DNA of 64,000 bases from an uncultured Candidatus Saccharibacteria bacterium (GCA_964562105.1 CAZLRP010000001.1:2949-66948); one strand, 5' to 3'. Positions 1-10,590 are shown, counted from the stretch's first letter. Made by a program: numbers and translations. The notes: generated by a model from the sequence alone, not told the origin.

Positions 1-379
1 ATAAAAATCCGTCGATTTAGCTTTATTAACAAAGATAGAGGTTTGAACATAAATTAAATTATAAATTTTATTAAATGTTAACAAAGGAAATTATATCATA
101 GCCAAGAGATAAAAAAACATTTATGTCCATAATAAAAAATAGGTGAAAGAAAAATGAGCGACAACCTTTCGGTTGTCGCTCATTTACTTTTTTGTTTCGT
201 TTTCCTTGATTTTCCTTACTTTTCGGCTTTAGCCCCCAACACTATTTTAAATGAATTGATTATCTTTTTATAAAGATAGTTATGTTTTTATTATTTGTTA
301 TTTTATATTTTATGTTAGTGAAATAGTGACGGGACTCCGGCTGAAAAATAGTTTAAAAACCGCTTTCGCGGTTTTTAAA

Positions 380-1231
380 CTATTTTTCAGCCTTCGCTTT
401 TCCAACCTTTCTTCTTGAAACAACTAAATGATTTGAGTATTTTTTAGGCGTTCTGGTTTTTTGTCCTTTTCCGACATGCTGACCCCAGAGAGTTTTGGCA
501 AATCTCAATCCTCTGCCTTGTCTTCCTTCTCCTCCTCCGTAAGGGTGATCAACTGGGTTCATAGCTGAACCTCTGACTGTTGGTCTAATCCCGAGCCATC
601 TTGATCTTCCAGCCTTTCCAATATTTACAAGCCACTGTTCATCGTTTGAAACATTTCCGATACATGCCCATGCATTTTCTGGAACTTTTCTTATCTCAGT
701 TGATGGAAGCTTGATATGAACATATCCTGCATCATTTGCAACTATTTGGCCAAAGTTTCCGGCAGATCTCACAAGTTTTGCTCCTCCACCAACTTTGACC
801 TCAACATTATAAACAAATGTGCCTACTGGAATTTTCTTAAGTGGCATTCTATTTCCAGGTTTTAATTCCGCAGTTTCTGAAACAACAAATGTATCTCCAA
901 CTTTCATGCCTTTCGGCAAAAGAGTGTATCTTTTTTCTCCATCTTTATAATATACAAGACCGATAAATCCAGTTCTATATGGATCATACTCAACTGTTTT
1001 TATGGTAGCAGGAATATCTTTTTTATCATAAATAAAATCTACATTTCTAAACAGTTTCTTATTACCAGCTCCTTGATGCCTTACTGTGATTCTTCCTCTG
1101 TTGTTTCTACCCCCTTTGCTTTTATATCCTTTTACAAGAGATTTTTCTGGTGAACTAGCAGTAATAACTCCCCTGTAAGTAACAGTGGACATATTTCTTC
1201 TAGCTGGTGATGTTGGCTTATAGAATTTCAT
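380..1231 (-). CDS. rplB: 50S ribosomal protein L2
   Basis: Translation matches L2 throughout (KPTSPARR..., GRNNRGRITVRHQGAG, VHIKLPSTE); position in S10 cluster after L23. Confidence 0.95.
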   Translation of the reverse strand: MKFYKPTSPARRNMSTVTYRGVITASSPEKSLVKGYKSKGGRNNRGRITVRHQGAGNKKLFRNVDFIYDKKDIPATIKTVEYDPYRTGFIGLVYYKDGEKRYTLLPKGMKVGDTFVVSETAELKPGNRMPLKKIPVGTFVYNVEVKVGGGAKLVRSAGNFGQIVANDAGYVHIKLPSTEIRKVPENAWACIGNVSNDEQWLVNIGKAGRSRWLGIRPTVRGSAMNPVDHPYGGGEGRQGRGLRFAKTLWGQHVGKGQKTRTPKKYSNHLVVSRRKVGKAKAEK

Positions 1232-1249
1232 ATTATTATTTTATGATGA

Positions 1250-1549
1250 TTATATGAAAGCTATCTTATCTCCCTTTTTTAAGAATACAAGAGCTTTTTT
1301 TACAGCTTGTTTGACTCCTTTTCTGCCTCTGGCTGTAACATTTTTTGCTGGTAAATTTACTATGTTAATTTTTATTGGAGTAACTTTGTATATCATTTGG
1401 ATTGCTTCTCCAATAGTTTTCTTTGTTGCATCTTTTGTAACTTCAAAAGTATAAACGTTTTGGGATTCAGATTTGATTCCCGCCTTTTCAGTGATTCTTG
1501 GCTTCTTTACGATGGACAAAATATGATTTTTTTCTTGTGTGTTTTTCAT
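1250..1549 (-). CDS. rplW: 50S ribosomal protein L23
   Basis: 99 aa, L23-like sequence (ILSIVKKPRITEKA...); located between L4 and L2. Confidence 0.88.
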   Translation of the reverse strand: MKNTQEKNHILSIVKKPRITEKAGIKSESQNVYTFEVTKDATKKTIGEAIQMIYKVTPIKINIVNLPAKNVTARGRKGVKQAVKKALVFLKKGDKIAFI

Positions 1550-1554
1550 AATGA

Positions 1555-1670
1555 TTTTACGAATTAACGAATTATACTAATGATACGAATGTTTACGAAT
1601 GAATGCATTTGAATTTTTGAGTTATTTGTAGCCATTTGTATCATTCGTTCCATTCGTATATTTGTATGTT
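1555..1670. repeat. ATTCGTA/TACGAAT degenerate heptamer array in the rplD-rplW spacer
   Basis: about 10 units at 8-10-bp spacing (CGAATTAACGAATTA...GATACGAATG...CATTCGTTCCATTCGTATATTTGTATG). Confidence 0.7.
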
Positions 1671-2434
1671 TACCTTGCCATTTTAGCCTCCATAAATTTA
1701 ATTGAATCTGCAGGATTCTCAATTACGAGATACTTCATATTCAATAAATCTACTGGGTTTATATTTCTAACTTCATCGACTTCTACATTTCCGATATTGG
1801 CAAAGCTCTTTTCAAAAGCTGGTTTTTTACCCGAAATGGCAATGATTGCGCTGTTATTTTTCTTGCTGAATATATCCGAAGCTGTTTTTATTTTGCTTAA
1901 AGAATTCAAAATTCCAATTGCTTCTGCTGTTTTTGGTTTTGCTATTTCAAATTTATCTACAAAAAGTATTTCTCCGTCTTTTAGTTTTCTGGAAAGAATA
2001 GTGTAAAGTGCTTTTATTTTCATTTTTTTGTTTATCTTCCTGTCATAGTTTTTCAATCCGTTTGGACCATGAGCAATACCTCCATGTACCCAAATAGGTG
2101 ATCTTGTAGAACCATGTCTTGCGCGCCCTGTTCCTTTTTGTTGCCAAGGTTTCTTACCACCTCCCGAAACTTGCCCTCTTGTTTTTGTATGAGCATAAAT
2201 AACCCTGCTGTCTGAAAGCATTGAAGTCACAACTTGATGAACAAGGTCAGCATTCCAAGAAAGTCCAAAAACATTTGCAGGCAAACTTATTTCTCCGACC
2301 TCTTTCCCACTTTGATTGTAGATTTTTGCAGGAGATATTTCAGGAATTGTTTTTGTTTCTTTTGGAGTAGCTACTTTTTTTATTTTAGTTACAGCTTTTT
2401 TAACAATATTCTTTTTTGTTGTAGTTTTTTCCAT
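1670..2434 (-). CDS. rplD: 50S ribosomal protein L4
   Basis: GTGRARHGSTRSPIWVHGGIAHGP motif typical of L4; operon context. Confidence 0.9.
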   Translation of the reverse strand: MEKTTTKKNIVKKAVTKIKKVATPKETKTIPEISPAKIYNQSGKEVGEISLPANVFGLSWNADLVHQVVTSMLSDSRVIYAHTKTRGQVSGGGKKPWQQKGTGRARHGSTRSPIWVHGGIAHGPNGLKNYDRKINKKMKIKALYTILSRKLKDGEILFVDKFEIAKPKTAEAIGILNSLSKIKTASDIFSKKNNSAIIAISGKKPAFEKSFANIGNVEVDEVRNINPVDLLNMKYLVIENPADSIKFMEAKMAR

Positions 2435-2438
2435 AGTT

Positions 2439-3101
2439 TTATCCTCTGATTTCTACGAGAGTGCCTCTTCTTCCAGGTACTGCGCCGCTAATCAAAAGCT
2501 GATTATTTTCCTGATCGACTCCTAGGACTTTAAGATTTTTTACTGTGATTCTATCTCCCCCGGTTCTTCCTGCCATTCTCATATTCTTTGGAACTTTATT
2601 TCTCAATCCTCCCCCGATAGAACCAGGTGCGTTTTCACAATGTTTCTGTCCGTGGCTTCTTGGCTGTCCTTTGAAACCATGTCTTTTGATAACGCTTTGA
2701 TATCCTTTTCCTTTTGAAATAGCTGATACTTCAATTACATCTCCCGCTGAAAAAGACGAAAGATCTATCTTATCTCCAACTTTATAGGCCGATACGTCTG
2801 GAACGCAAAATTCTTTCAAATATCTCGCGTTCACGCCGTTCATATGACCTTTCATAGGCTTATTTATATTTTTCTCTCTTTTTTCTCCACATCCGATCTG
2901 AACGGCACAATAGCCGTCATTCTCCTTGGTCTTTACTTGAGTAATAGGAGAAGGTCCCGCTGTCAAAATAGTGGCAGGATGAACTTTTCCGCTCTCATCA
3001 AAGACTTGAGTCATATTCTGTTTTATTCCTAGTATGAATTTCATTCTGTTTTGATTATAGATAGAGGACCACAAACCAAAATTAAAATGGTCTGCGGTCA
3101 T
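2439..3101 (-). CDS. rplC: 50S ribosomal protein L3
   Basis: L3-like sequence (KFILGIKQNMTQVFDESGKVHPATIL, GKGYQSVIKRHGFKGQP); operon context. Confidence 0.9.
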   Translation of the reverse strand: MTADHFNFGLWSSIYNQNRMKFILGIKQNMTQVFDESGKVHPATILTAGPSPITQVKTKENDGYCAVQIGCGEKREKNINKPMKGHMNGVNARYLKEFCVPDVSAYKVGDKIDLSSFSAGDVIEVSAISKGKGYQSVIKRHGFKGQPRSHGQKHCENAPGSIGGGLRNKVPKNMRMAGRTGGDRITVKNLKVLGVDQENNQLLISGAVPGRRGTLVEIRG

Positions 3102-3125
3102 ATCCCCTGTAAATATTTAGATTTA

Positions 3126-3512
3126 TTAGATCATCTTAACATCAATATTCACCCCTGAAGGCAAACTGATATTCGTGAGAGCTTCAATAACTTTAGCGTT
3201 TGGATTTATTATATCTATAAGTCTCCTATGTATCCTCATCTCAAATTGTTCTCGCGCATTTTTGTAGACAAAAGATGCCCTGTTGACTGTATATTTTTTA
3301 ATATCCGTAGGCAAAGGTACTGGACCTACAATTTTTGCATCATGCCTTAAAGCTGTTTCAATTATTTGCTTGACTGAGGAATCCAATATTTTGCTGTCAT
3401 AGGCCCTAACCCTTATTCTTAAAATAGAAGACGCCTCTCCTTTAACAGCTACTTTTGCCGCTTTTGTTTTTGATACTTTTTTCGTATTCCTTTTTACTGC
3501 TGTTTTTTCCAT
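3126..3512 (-). CDS. rpsJ: 30S ribosomal protein S10
   Basis: LRIRVRAYDSKILDSS...PLPTDIKKYTVNRASFVYKNAREQFEMRIHRRLIDI is canonical S10. Confidence 0.95.
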   Translation of the reverse strand: MEKTAVKRNTKKVSKTKAAKVAVKGEASSILRIRVRAYDSKILDSSVKQIIETALRHDAKIVGPVPLPTDIKKYTVNRASFVYKNAREQFEMRIHRRLIDIINPNAKVIEALTNISLPSGVNIDVKMI

Positions 3513-3547
3513 TGATTTTTAATGAACGAATGTGAGTATAAAAATCA

Positions 3548-3580
3548 TGGCCCCGTCAAATGCATTTTTATTTGACTGGG
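3548..3580. repeat. P1-related palindromic element, intergenic variant (rpsJ-tuf spacer)
   Basis: GGCCCCGTCAAATGCATTTTTATTTGACTGGGC, same arms with a variant loop. Confidence 0.7.
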
Positions 3581-3583
3581 CTG

Positions 3584-3646
3584 CCCCAGTGAAATATTTT
3601 GCATTAGCAAAATAAAATTTATTAAAATTTTATTTCACAGGGCGTA
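3584..3646. repeat. CCCAGTGAAATA...TATTTCACAGGG palindromic repeat (copy 1)
   Basis: arms CCCAGTGAAATA / TATTTCACAGGG around an AT-rich loop. Confidence 0.6.
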
Positions 3647-3676
3647 GAAAATATAGTCGCTACGCTCGTTATTTTC

Positions 3677-4879
3677 TTACGCAATTATTTTCGTTATAAC
3701 TCCAGAACCAACTGTCTTTCCTCCCTCTCTAATAGCAAACTTCTGTTTATTTTCCATAGCAACTGGAGCAACAAGTTTTACTTTGAAAGTAACTGTGTCT
3801 CCCGGCATAACCATTTCTACTCCTGTAGCAAGCGTAACGTCTCCCGTTACGTCAGTCGTTTTCATATAGAATTGTGGCTTGTAACCTGTAAAGAACGGCG
3901 TATGTCTTCCACCTTCCTCTTTCTTTAATACGTATACTTCAGCTTCAAATTCTGTATGCGGAGTAATGGAACCAGTTTTTGCCAACACTTGTCCTCTGTG
4001 CACATCTTCTTTCTTTGTACCACGAAGAAGAACTCCGGCATTATCTCCAGCTTGTCCTTCTTTGAGCTGTTTATTAAACATTTCTATACCGGTGATAGTT
4101 GTTTTTGATGTTGGTTTGATACCGACAATTTCAACTTCTTCTCCGATTTTTATTATTCCTCTTTCAATTCTTCCGGTAACAACTGTTCCTCTTCCTTCAA
4201 TTGAGAAAATGTCTTCAATAGGCATAAGGAATGGCTTGTCAACATCTCTTACTGGGATTGGTATATATGTATCAAGCGCGGTCATAAGGTCAGTAATACA
4301 TTTTGCACCTGCATCATCTGCTGTTTTTGCCTTTAGAGCTTCCGTAGCTGAACCCCTTATGATAGGAGCTTTTTCTCCATCAAAATTATATTTGGTCAAA
4401 AGTTCTCTAACTTCTGCTTCAACAAGATCCAAAAGTTCTGCATCCGGAACTAGGTCAACTTTGTTTAAGAATACTACTATCTTTGGAACCCCAACTTGGT
4501 TTGCCAAAAGAATGTGTTCTCTTGTTTGTGGCATAGGACCATCAACTGCTGAGACAACAAGAATAGCACCGTCCATTTGAGCGGCTCCTGTAATCATGTT
4601 CTTGATGTAGTCAGCGTGACCCGGACAGTCTACGTGAGCATAGTGTCTTGAGTCTGATGAATATTCAACGTGAGAAATAGCGATGGTAATGATTTTTGTC
4701 GCATCTCTTCTTCCAGCTGATTCTGAAGCTTTTGCGATTTGATCGTAAGCTTTTTCATTAGCCAAACCTTTGAGCGATTGCACGTGAGTAATCGCTGCAG
4801 TCAAAGTTGTCTTACCGTGGTCAATGTGACCAATTGTACCGACATTTACATGCGGTTTATCTCTTAAAAAATCTGCCAT
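3677..4879 (-). CDS. tuf: elongation factor Tu
   Basis: [28 protein letters not shown]-motifs; 400 aa. Confidence 0.97.
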   Translation of the reverse strand: MADFLRDKPHVNVGTIGHIDHGKTTLTAAITHVQSLKGLANEKAYDQIAKASESAGRRDATKIITIAISHVEYSSDSRHYAHVDCPGHADYIKNMITGAAQMDGAILVVSAVDGPMPQTREHILLANQVGVPKIVVFLNKVDLVPDAELLDLVEAEVRELLTKYNFDGEKAPIIRGSATEALKAKTADDAGAKCITDLMTALDTYIPIPVRDVDKPFLMPIEDIFSIEGRGTVVTGRIERGIIKIGEEVEIVGIKPTSKTTITGIEMFNKQLKEGQAGDNAGVLLRGTKKEDVHRGQVLAKTGSITPHTEFEAEVYVLKKEEGGRHTPFFTGYKPQFYMKTTDVTGDVTLATGVEMVMPGDTVTFKVKLVAPVAMENKQKFAIREGGKTVGSGVITKIIA

Positions 4880-5100
4880 ATTTTTGTTATTTTAAAAACA
4901 GGATGCGCGAAAACTTTTACCCTATTTTTAAAACAGTTTTGATTAATTCCCATCATTCACCTACCTGCTCAAGGCTAAGTATGCGAACTGGGAAACTTAT
5001 AAATTACGACTTGCAACTAACGTGGGCTTCCATTACAAAATAAAAACCGCACAGTGCGTACCCGAAATAGTAGCAAAAGAAAAGTAAAGAGTCAACCTCA

Positions 5101-5139
5101 AGACGCAGACTGATGCGGACTTAACGCAGAACTACGCGG
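5101..5139. repeat. P2 repeat, intergenic copy (downstream of tuf-adjacent hypothetical gene)
   Basis: GACGCAGACTGATGCGGACTTAACGCAGAACTACGCGGG; same two sub-motifs in swapped order. Confidence 0.65.
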
Positions 5140-5145
5140 GACAAA

Positions 5146-5180
5146 CAAAGAGCCTTCGCAATAAATTGCGAAGGCTCAAA
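5146..5180 (-). terminator. terminator after the tuf-fusA-inserted hypothetical gene
   Basis: GAGCCTTCGCAATAAATTGCGAAGGCTC. Confidence 0.7.
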
Positions 5181-5194
5181 AGAAATAGGTTTTA

Positions 5195-5869
5195 TTACGG
5201 CATCATACCTTCAAAGATATTTTTGTCTATACTTGACTTCTCAAGTTTATACGTGAAACAAAGAAGGTAGTCATTACTGTCCCAATCATGCCTGGAACAA
5301 ATGGGACGGAATTCAAAGTCATTGTTAGTGCGCGGAACCCATAAAGACGGCATGTTTAAATCAACATCAAAACGATTCCATCGATTCTCCTCATCAAGAG
5401 ATGTATACCAGTGACCTTTAGGCAACTCGTCACGTTTTTGTTCAAAGACAAGTGAGACCCCCTGAACACCTAGAAGAATCGCATTCTTACTTTTAAGAAA
5501 CATCAGACGTTCATCTGATGTTGTTCTACCAGAGATAATTTGTTTCAACACGGAAACATGAAGTTTATCGCCCGGCTTCAAAATCTGAGCCGGGTCGTCA
5601 AACCTATCATCATCAGCAATAAAATCGCTATAGAAAAAAAACTTTTCTTTGTTTTTTTCCTTAAATAACTTTAATCTCGTCTTGTGTTCGTAATCTTTAG
5701 GTACAACAATGACGCCGAGATCTTTTAGAAGAACAAATCTTGGTTTTTGCTCATCTATGATTTTTTGAAAAACATCCGCAACCTTTATTGGGTCACGCTT
5801 CCCATTAAGCACTAAATTGTTAATGGAAGCTTCCAACTTCCACAGTCTTGCAAAAGCATCATTACTCAT
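5195..5869 (-). CDS. hypothetical protein inserted between tuf and fusA
   Basis: 224-aa ORF with its own terminator hairpin at 5146-5180; no recognisable motif; repeat elements lie on both sides. Confidence 0.5.
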   Translation of the reverse strand: MSNDAFARLWKLEASINNLVLNGKRDPIKVADVFQKIIDEQKPRFVLLKDLGVIVVPKDYEHKTRLKLFKEKNKEKFFFYSDFIADDDRFDDPAQILKPGDKLHVSVLKQIISGRTTSDERLMFLKSKNAILLGVQGVSLVFEQKRDELPKGHWYTSLDEENRWNRFDVDLNMPSLWVPRTNNDFEFRPICSRHDWDSNDYLLCFTYKLEKSSIDKNIFEGMMP

Positions 5870-6019
5870 GACCTTCCTCCTTTTTATAAAATATGCCCGC
5901 TACTCACAGGCATTTACTGAATCTAAAGAAATCAAAGCATAATTTAAAATAAATGGCAATCAAAATGCGGGGCAGCCTTCGGCTGCCCCGCATTTTGTAT
6001 TTGTTATTTTCTTATTACT

Positions 6020-6060
6020 TCGTCGCCGGTCACAGGTATTTTTCTGCTGAAAAATCCCGC
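6020..6060. repeat. partial copy of the tRNA-linked module core (TTTTTCTGCTGAAAAA) downstream of fusA
   Basis: shares TCGTCG...TTTTCTGCTGAAAAA...CCGC with the two tRNA-linked copies. Confidence 0.4.
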
Positions 6061-6105
6061 GACCCCGACTCGCGCCGTCGCGCTCCGTCTCACACAAAGC
6101 AAAAG

Positions 6106-6137
6106 AAAAACACCCCATAAATCATAGGGTGTTTTTC
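6106..6137 (-). terminator. terminator after fusA
   Basis: AAAAACACCCCATAAATCATAGGGTGTTTTTC. Confidence 0.7.
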
Positions 6138-6139
6138 AA

Positions 6140-8296
6140 TTATTTGCTTTGTGTGCCCCTCACTTCAATAATTTCTTTGGCTACATTAGGAGGTACTATT
6201 TCATAGCTTCCGAATTCCATTGTGGACGAAGCTCTTCCCTCTGAAATTGACCTCAAGGTGGTAACATAACCGAACATTTCAGCAAGAGGAACATTAGCTC
6301 TGATAACTTTATTCATTCCTCTGTCAAACATTTCAGTTATTTGTCCTCTCCTTGAATTGATGCTTCCCGAAACATCTCCCATGAATTTTTCTGGAGTAAC
6401 AACTTCAACTTTCATTACAGGCTCAAGGAGAACCGGTCTTGCTCTTTTTGCCGCATCTTGAAATGCCATGGACGCTGCAATTTTGTAAGCGATTTCTGAC
6501 GAGTCAACATCGTGATATGAACCGTAAGTAAGTTCGCAAGAAATATTTACCATTCTATATCCGGCAATTACTCCTCTTTCCATGCTCTCTTTTACTCCTT
6601 TTTCAACTGCTGGAATAAATTCTTGCGGAATAACTCCTCCTTTAATAGAATCTATAAATTCAAAGTCATCGTATCTGCTAACATTCTTAGGAATTTTCTT
6701 GCCTTCCTCAAGTTTTTGCATCGGCTTAATTTTAATGAGAACGTGACCATATTGTCCTTTTCCTCCAGACTGTTTTATGTATTTTTCTTCTTTTTCAGCT
6801 TCTCCGGTAATTGTTTCTTTGTAAGCAACTTGTGGTTTTCCAACATTTGCTTCAACTCCGAATTCTCTTTTCATTCTGTCTACAAGAATTTCGAGGTGAA
6901 GTTCTCCCATACCTGCCATAACAGTCTCTCCCGTTTCTTGATCCGACTTGATTTTAAATGTTGGGTCTTCATCCGAAAGTTTCTTCAAAGCAAATCCCAT
7001 TTTTTCTTGGTCAGCTTTTGTCTTTGGTTCAATTCTAAGAGTAATAACCGGTTCTGGAAATACAATTTGGTCAAGAATTATCGGATTGGCTTCATCGCAA
7101 AGAGTGTGAGAAGTTTTCGCGTTTTTCAAACCGACAGCCGCCGCAATTTCTCCGGCAAAAACAGTCTCCACTTCTTCTCTGTCATTTGCGTGCATTCTGA
7201 CAATTCTTCCCAATCTTTCCTTTTCTCCGGTTGTTGAATTGTAAATATAAGTTCCCGAAGAAATACTTCCGGAATAAACTCTGAAATATGTAAGCTGTCC
7301 TACAAAAGGATCATTTTGCAATTTAAATGCCAGAGCGCAAAATGGATCTTCATCAGTTGCATGTCTTAAAACTTCTTCTCCATTGTTTGGATTTATTCCT
7401 TTTACTGGTGGAATATCAAGCGGGGAAGGAAGATAGTCAACAACTGCATCAAGTGTGAGTTGAATACCTTTATTTTTCAAAGCCGAACCTGTAAATACAG
7501 GAACAATCGTATTTGCAATGGTTGCTTTTCGGAGAACTGCTTTGAGCTCATCGATGGGAATCTCTTTTCCTTCAAGATAATCGTTCATAAGCTTTTCATC
7601 ATTTTCAGAAATTTTTTCTACAAGCTCAAGCCTGTATTTTTTTGCATTTTCCAAAAGTTCGGCAGGAATTTCTGCTTCTCTGACAACTTCTCCCATTTCG
7701 CCTTCAAAGTAATAGGCCTTCATTTTTAAAAGATCTACTATTCCTGAAAAATCAGATTCTGAACCAATGGGAAGCTGCATTCTTACAGCATGTTTTGTAA
7801 GTCTTTCCAAAATTGATTGAAATGATCTTTCAAAATTTCCTCCTGTTCTATCAAGTTTGTTTATCAAACAAATTCTTGGAACATTTCCTTCGTCAGCATA
7901 TCTCCAGTTTGTTTCTGATTGAGGTTCCACTCCTGCGACTCCGTCAAAAACAACTACGGCTCCGTCAAGAACTCTGAGTGAACGCTTAACCTCTGCGGTA
8001 AAATCAATGTGGCCGGGAGTATCAATGATATTGAATCTTACTTTCTTACTAAAATCGGTTTTTGGCATGTACGAAGGATTCCAAAAACAAGTAATAGCAG
8101 CTGACGTAATGGTAATACCTCTTTCTCTTTCCTGTTCCATCCAGTCGGTCGTAGTTTCTCCTTCGTGAACCTCACCGATATCGTGCTGAGATCCAGTGTA
8201 ATAGAGAATTCTTTCCGATGTGGTTGTTTTTCCGGCATCAATGTGAGCAATGATTCCAAAATTTCTTACTTTTTCTAATGGATAATCTCGTTTCAT
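6140..8296 (-). CDS. fusA: elongation factor G
   Basis: [28 protein letters not shown]; 718 aa EF-G architecture. Confidence 0.97.
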   Translation of the reverse strand: MKRDYPLEKVRNFGIIAHIDAGKTTTSERILYYTGSQHDIGEVHEGETTTDWMEQERERGITITSAAITCFWNPSYMPKTDFSKKVRFNIIDTPGHIDFTAEVKRSLRVLDGAVVVFDGVAGVEPQSETNWRYADEGNVPRICLINKLDRTGGNFERSFQSILERLTKHAVRMQLPIGSESDFSGIVDLLKMKAYYFEGEMGEVVREAEIPAELLENAKKYRLELVEKISENDEKLMNDYLEGKEIPIDELKAVLRKATIANTIVPVFTGSALKNKGIQLTLDAVVDYLPSPLDIPPVKGINPNNGEEVLRHATDEDPFCALAFKLQNDPFVGQLTYFRVYSGSISSGTYIYNSTTGEKERLGRIVRMHANDREEVETVFAGEIAAAVGLKNAKTSHTLCDEANPIILDQIVFPEPVITLRIEPKTKADQEKMGFALKKLSDEDPTFKIKSDQETGETVMAGMGELHLEILVDRMKREFGVEANVGKPQVAYKETITGEAEKEEKYIKQSGGKGQYGHVLIKIKPMQKLEEGKKIPKNVSRYDDFEFIDSIKGGVIPQEFIPAVEKGVKESMERGVIAGYRMVNISCELTYGSYHDVDSSEIAYKIAASMAFQDAAKRARPVLLEPVMKVEVVTPEKFMGDVSGSINSRRGQITEMFDRGMNKVIRANVPLAEMFGYVTTLRSISEGRASSTMEFGSYEIVPPNVAKEIIEVRGTQSK

Positions 8297-8299
8297 GTA

Positions 8300-8345
8300 T
8301 TTAATATGCGAATATACGAATTATGCGAATGATACGAATGGCTAC
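8300..8345. repeat. heptamer array upstream of fusA
   Basis: ATGCGAATATACGAATTATGCGAATGATACGAATGGCTAC. Confidence 0.65.
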
Positions 8346-8581
8346 AAATAAATACGATGAATTTTTATCATATCTATAATAGTTTTCGTAAGATTATTAT
8401 ACTATATTCATATTTAATTAATTGTTGATAAAATAATTTAAGTAATTTTAATTTACTTTTTTCTTTTTATTTTTAGTGAGATGCGAGGCGCTGAAAAAAT
8501 TTGTGACTAAAATGTACGTTGGTACATTGCAGAAACAAATTTTTTTAGCAACGAAGCAGATTGCAAAAATTAAAAGGAAAT

Positions 8582-9052
8582 TTACCAGGCGAAGTGAGCA
8601 AAGGCTTTATTGGCTTCTGCCATCTTATGAGTATTCTCTCTCTTCCTTACCGCATCTCCTTCATTTTTTGAAGCAGAAATTATTTCCGCAGACAATCTTT
8701 CCGCGAGCGGTGAACCTTTCTTGCTTCTCGCCGCTTCTATAATCCATTTCATGGAAAGTGTTGCTCTTCTTTCAGGTCTTACTTCCACTGGAACTTGGTA
8801 GTTTGCCCCTCCAACTCTTTTTGATCTGATTTCCATATTTGGAGCCGTATTTGAGAGCGCAAGCTCAAGAATTTCAATAGGATTTTTAACTTTCGCTTTT
8901 TCCTTAATTATTTCAAGAGTATCGTAAATAATAGTTTCGGCTGTACTTTTCTTACCACTGTACATAACATAGTTTATAAGTTTTGAAACTTTTGCAGATT
9001 GATATTTATAATCTGGCTTTAACGCTTTCTTTGTTTTTAATTTTCTTCTCAT
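8582..9052 (-). CDS. rpsG: 30S ribosomal protein S7
   Basis: S7-like sequence; probable start at MRRKLKTKK, because the upstream in-frame ATG lies inside a spacer hairpin. Confidence 0.88.
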   Translation of the reverse strand: MRRKLKTKKALKPDYKYQSAKVSKLINYVMYSGKKSTAETIIYDTLEIIKEKAKVKNPIEILELALSNTAPNMEIRSKRVGGANYQVPVEVRPERRATLSMKWIIEAARSKKGSPLAERLSAEIISASKNEGDAVRKRENTHKMAEANKAFAHFAW

Positions 9053-9106
9053 GCGATTGATTTTATTATGAGCGTAGCGAATTTTAAAATCATCGTCCAG
9101 CCCCAC

Positions 9107-9180
9107 TTTTAATCATTAGAATATTCTAAAAAATAAAAGTGGGGCTGGATTAATAAAATATAGTCGCTTCGCTCCTTATT
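9107..9180 (-). promoter_or_regulatory. structured rpsL-rpsG intercistronic spacer (candidate S7 translational operator)
   Basis: 16-bp stem TCCAGCCCCACTTTTA/TAAAAGTGGGGCTGGA overlapping the rpsG start region; GAGCGAAGCGAC motif. Confidence 0.35.
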
Positions 9181-9594
9181 TTATTTAACTTTCGGTTTTT
9201 TTGCACCATATTGGCTGCGACCTTTCTTTCTTCCTTCTACTGCAGTAGCATCGAGAACTCCTCTTACTATCGTGTATCTGATACCAAGGTCTTTAACTCT
9301 TCCGCCTCTTAAAAGAACGACTGAGTGTTCTTGAAGTGTATGTCCCATTCCCGGGATATAAGCGGTGACTTCCATTCCATTCGAAAGTCTGACTCTTGCG
9401 ATCTTTCTGATAGCTGAGTTTGGTTTTTTCGGCGTCTTTGTCGTAACTTTCACGCAAACTCCCCTTTTAAAAGGAGAACAAAGTTTCGTCGGTCTGTTTT
9501 CCAGAGTGTTAAAACCCCTCATCAAAGCCACGGCTTTCGGCTTTCTTGGAGCAGTTTTCCTGTTTTTCTTAATTAATTGGTTTATTGTGGGCAT
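9181..9594 (-). CDS. rpsL: 30S ribosomal protein S12
   Basis: [10 protein letters not shown]...[10 protein letters not shown]...canonical S12; start taken at MPTINQ. Confidence 0.93.
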   Translation of the reverse strand: MPTINQLIKKNRKTAPRKPKAVALMRGFNTLENRPTKLCSPFKRGVCVKVTTKTPKKPNSAIRKIARVRLSNGMEVTAYIPGMGHTLQEHSVVLLRGGRVKDLGIRYTIVRGVLDATAVEGRKKGRSQYGAKKPKVK

Positions 9595-9849
9595 ATTTGT
9601 TAATAATTCAAGCCTAGTAATAAAATAAAAAGCTACAGAAATATTTCGCTTCCTTAGTGCAAAATACCTCCGCAACTCATTTGTAATTCAACTCTAGTCT
9701 TCTAAAAGCAAGCTTTTATTAGACGGAACACTTGCATACAGCCAAGTAGCTAATGTGAAAAGATAATATAATAAAATACCAAAAAAAGCAACCTTCGACT
9801 GAATCTAGAATGTAAAAGTTAGAACATAGAAATTAAAGTAAAAAATATA

Positions 9850-9886
9850 AGAGGAGAATTTTCGCTTTGCGAAAATTCTCCTCTTA
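9850..9886 (-). terminator. terminator after the M50 protease gene
   Basis: AAGAGGAGAATTTTCGCTTTGCGAAAATTCTCCTCTT. Confidence 0.75.
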
Positions 9887-9922
9887 TATTTTTACCAAAT
9901 CCTATATTCTGTCTTCTGTATT

Positions 9923-10537
9923 CTAGCTAATTCCCGTTATCAACTTAAATAGAAAAAATATAATTGGAGATATAATATTCGGCAAAAGCATAACCATAAG
10001 CAAAATAATTAATATTCCGTATTTTTCTGATAAATTATAAAATGTATATTTTGCCTGTGTCGGAAGAAAAGCAAAAAGGATTTTTGATCCATCAAGAGGA
10101 GGAATTGGCAGTAAATTAAAAACGGCAAGACTCACGTTTATAAGCACGACTAAAAGAAATATGCCAATAAGAGGTGACGAAGAATAGTCAGAATATAATA
10201 ATCCCCTGATTATTAGCCCGAAAACAACTGCTACAAAAATATTGGAAGCTGGTCCGGCAAAAGATACAAGGGGTTCGGCTATATTTCTATTTTTTAAATT
10301 ATAAGGATTATACGGCACAGGTTTTGCCCAGCCAATCATAAAAGGTGCATTTAGTAAAAATAAGCTTAATGGCAAAATAACAGAACCTAACCAATCCAAA
10401 TGTTTAATCGGGTTAAGGGTAAGCCTTCCTTCATACTGTGCAGTTTTATCGCCAAAAAAAAGGGCCATGTATCCATGCGATATTTCATGAATTATTACGG
10501 AAAATATAAGTATTAAAATTTGTAAGACTACATCCAT
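9923..10537 (-). CDS. M50 family (site-2 protease-like) membrane metalloprotease
   Basis: HEISHG zinc motif, polytopic membrane protein. Confidence 0.75.
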   Translation of the reverse strand: MDVVLQILILIFSVIIHEISHGYMALFFGDKTAQYEGRLTLNPIKHLDWLGSVILPLSLFLLNAPFMIGWAKPVPYNPYNLKNRNIAEPLVSFAGPASNIFVAVVFGLIIRGLLYSDYSSSPLIGIFLLVVLINVSLAVFNLLPIPPLDGSKILFAFLPTQAKYTFYNLSEKYGILIILLMVMLLPNIISPIIFFLFKLITGIS

Positions 10538-10590
10538 ATATTGCGTTTTTGCAGGATTATGATAGCATGAGAGACCATAAAACTAAAATC

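Noticed and set aside
3966-4580. 204-aa plus-strand ORF inside tuf (and similar ORFs at 6623-7237 and 7460-7729 inside fusA)
   Set aside because: Antisense to highly conserved EF-Tu/EF-G coding sequence; low-complexity translations; artefacts of AT-poor antisense frames.
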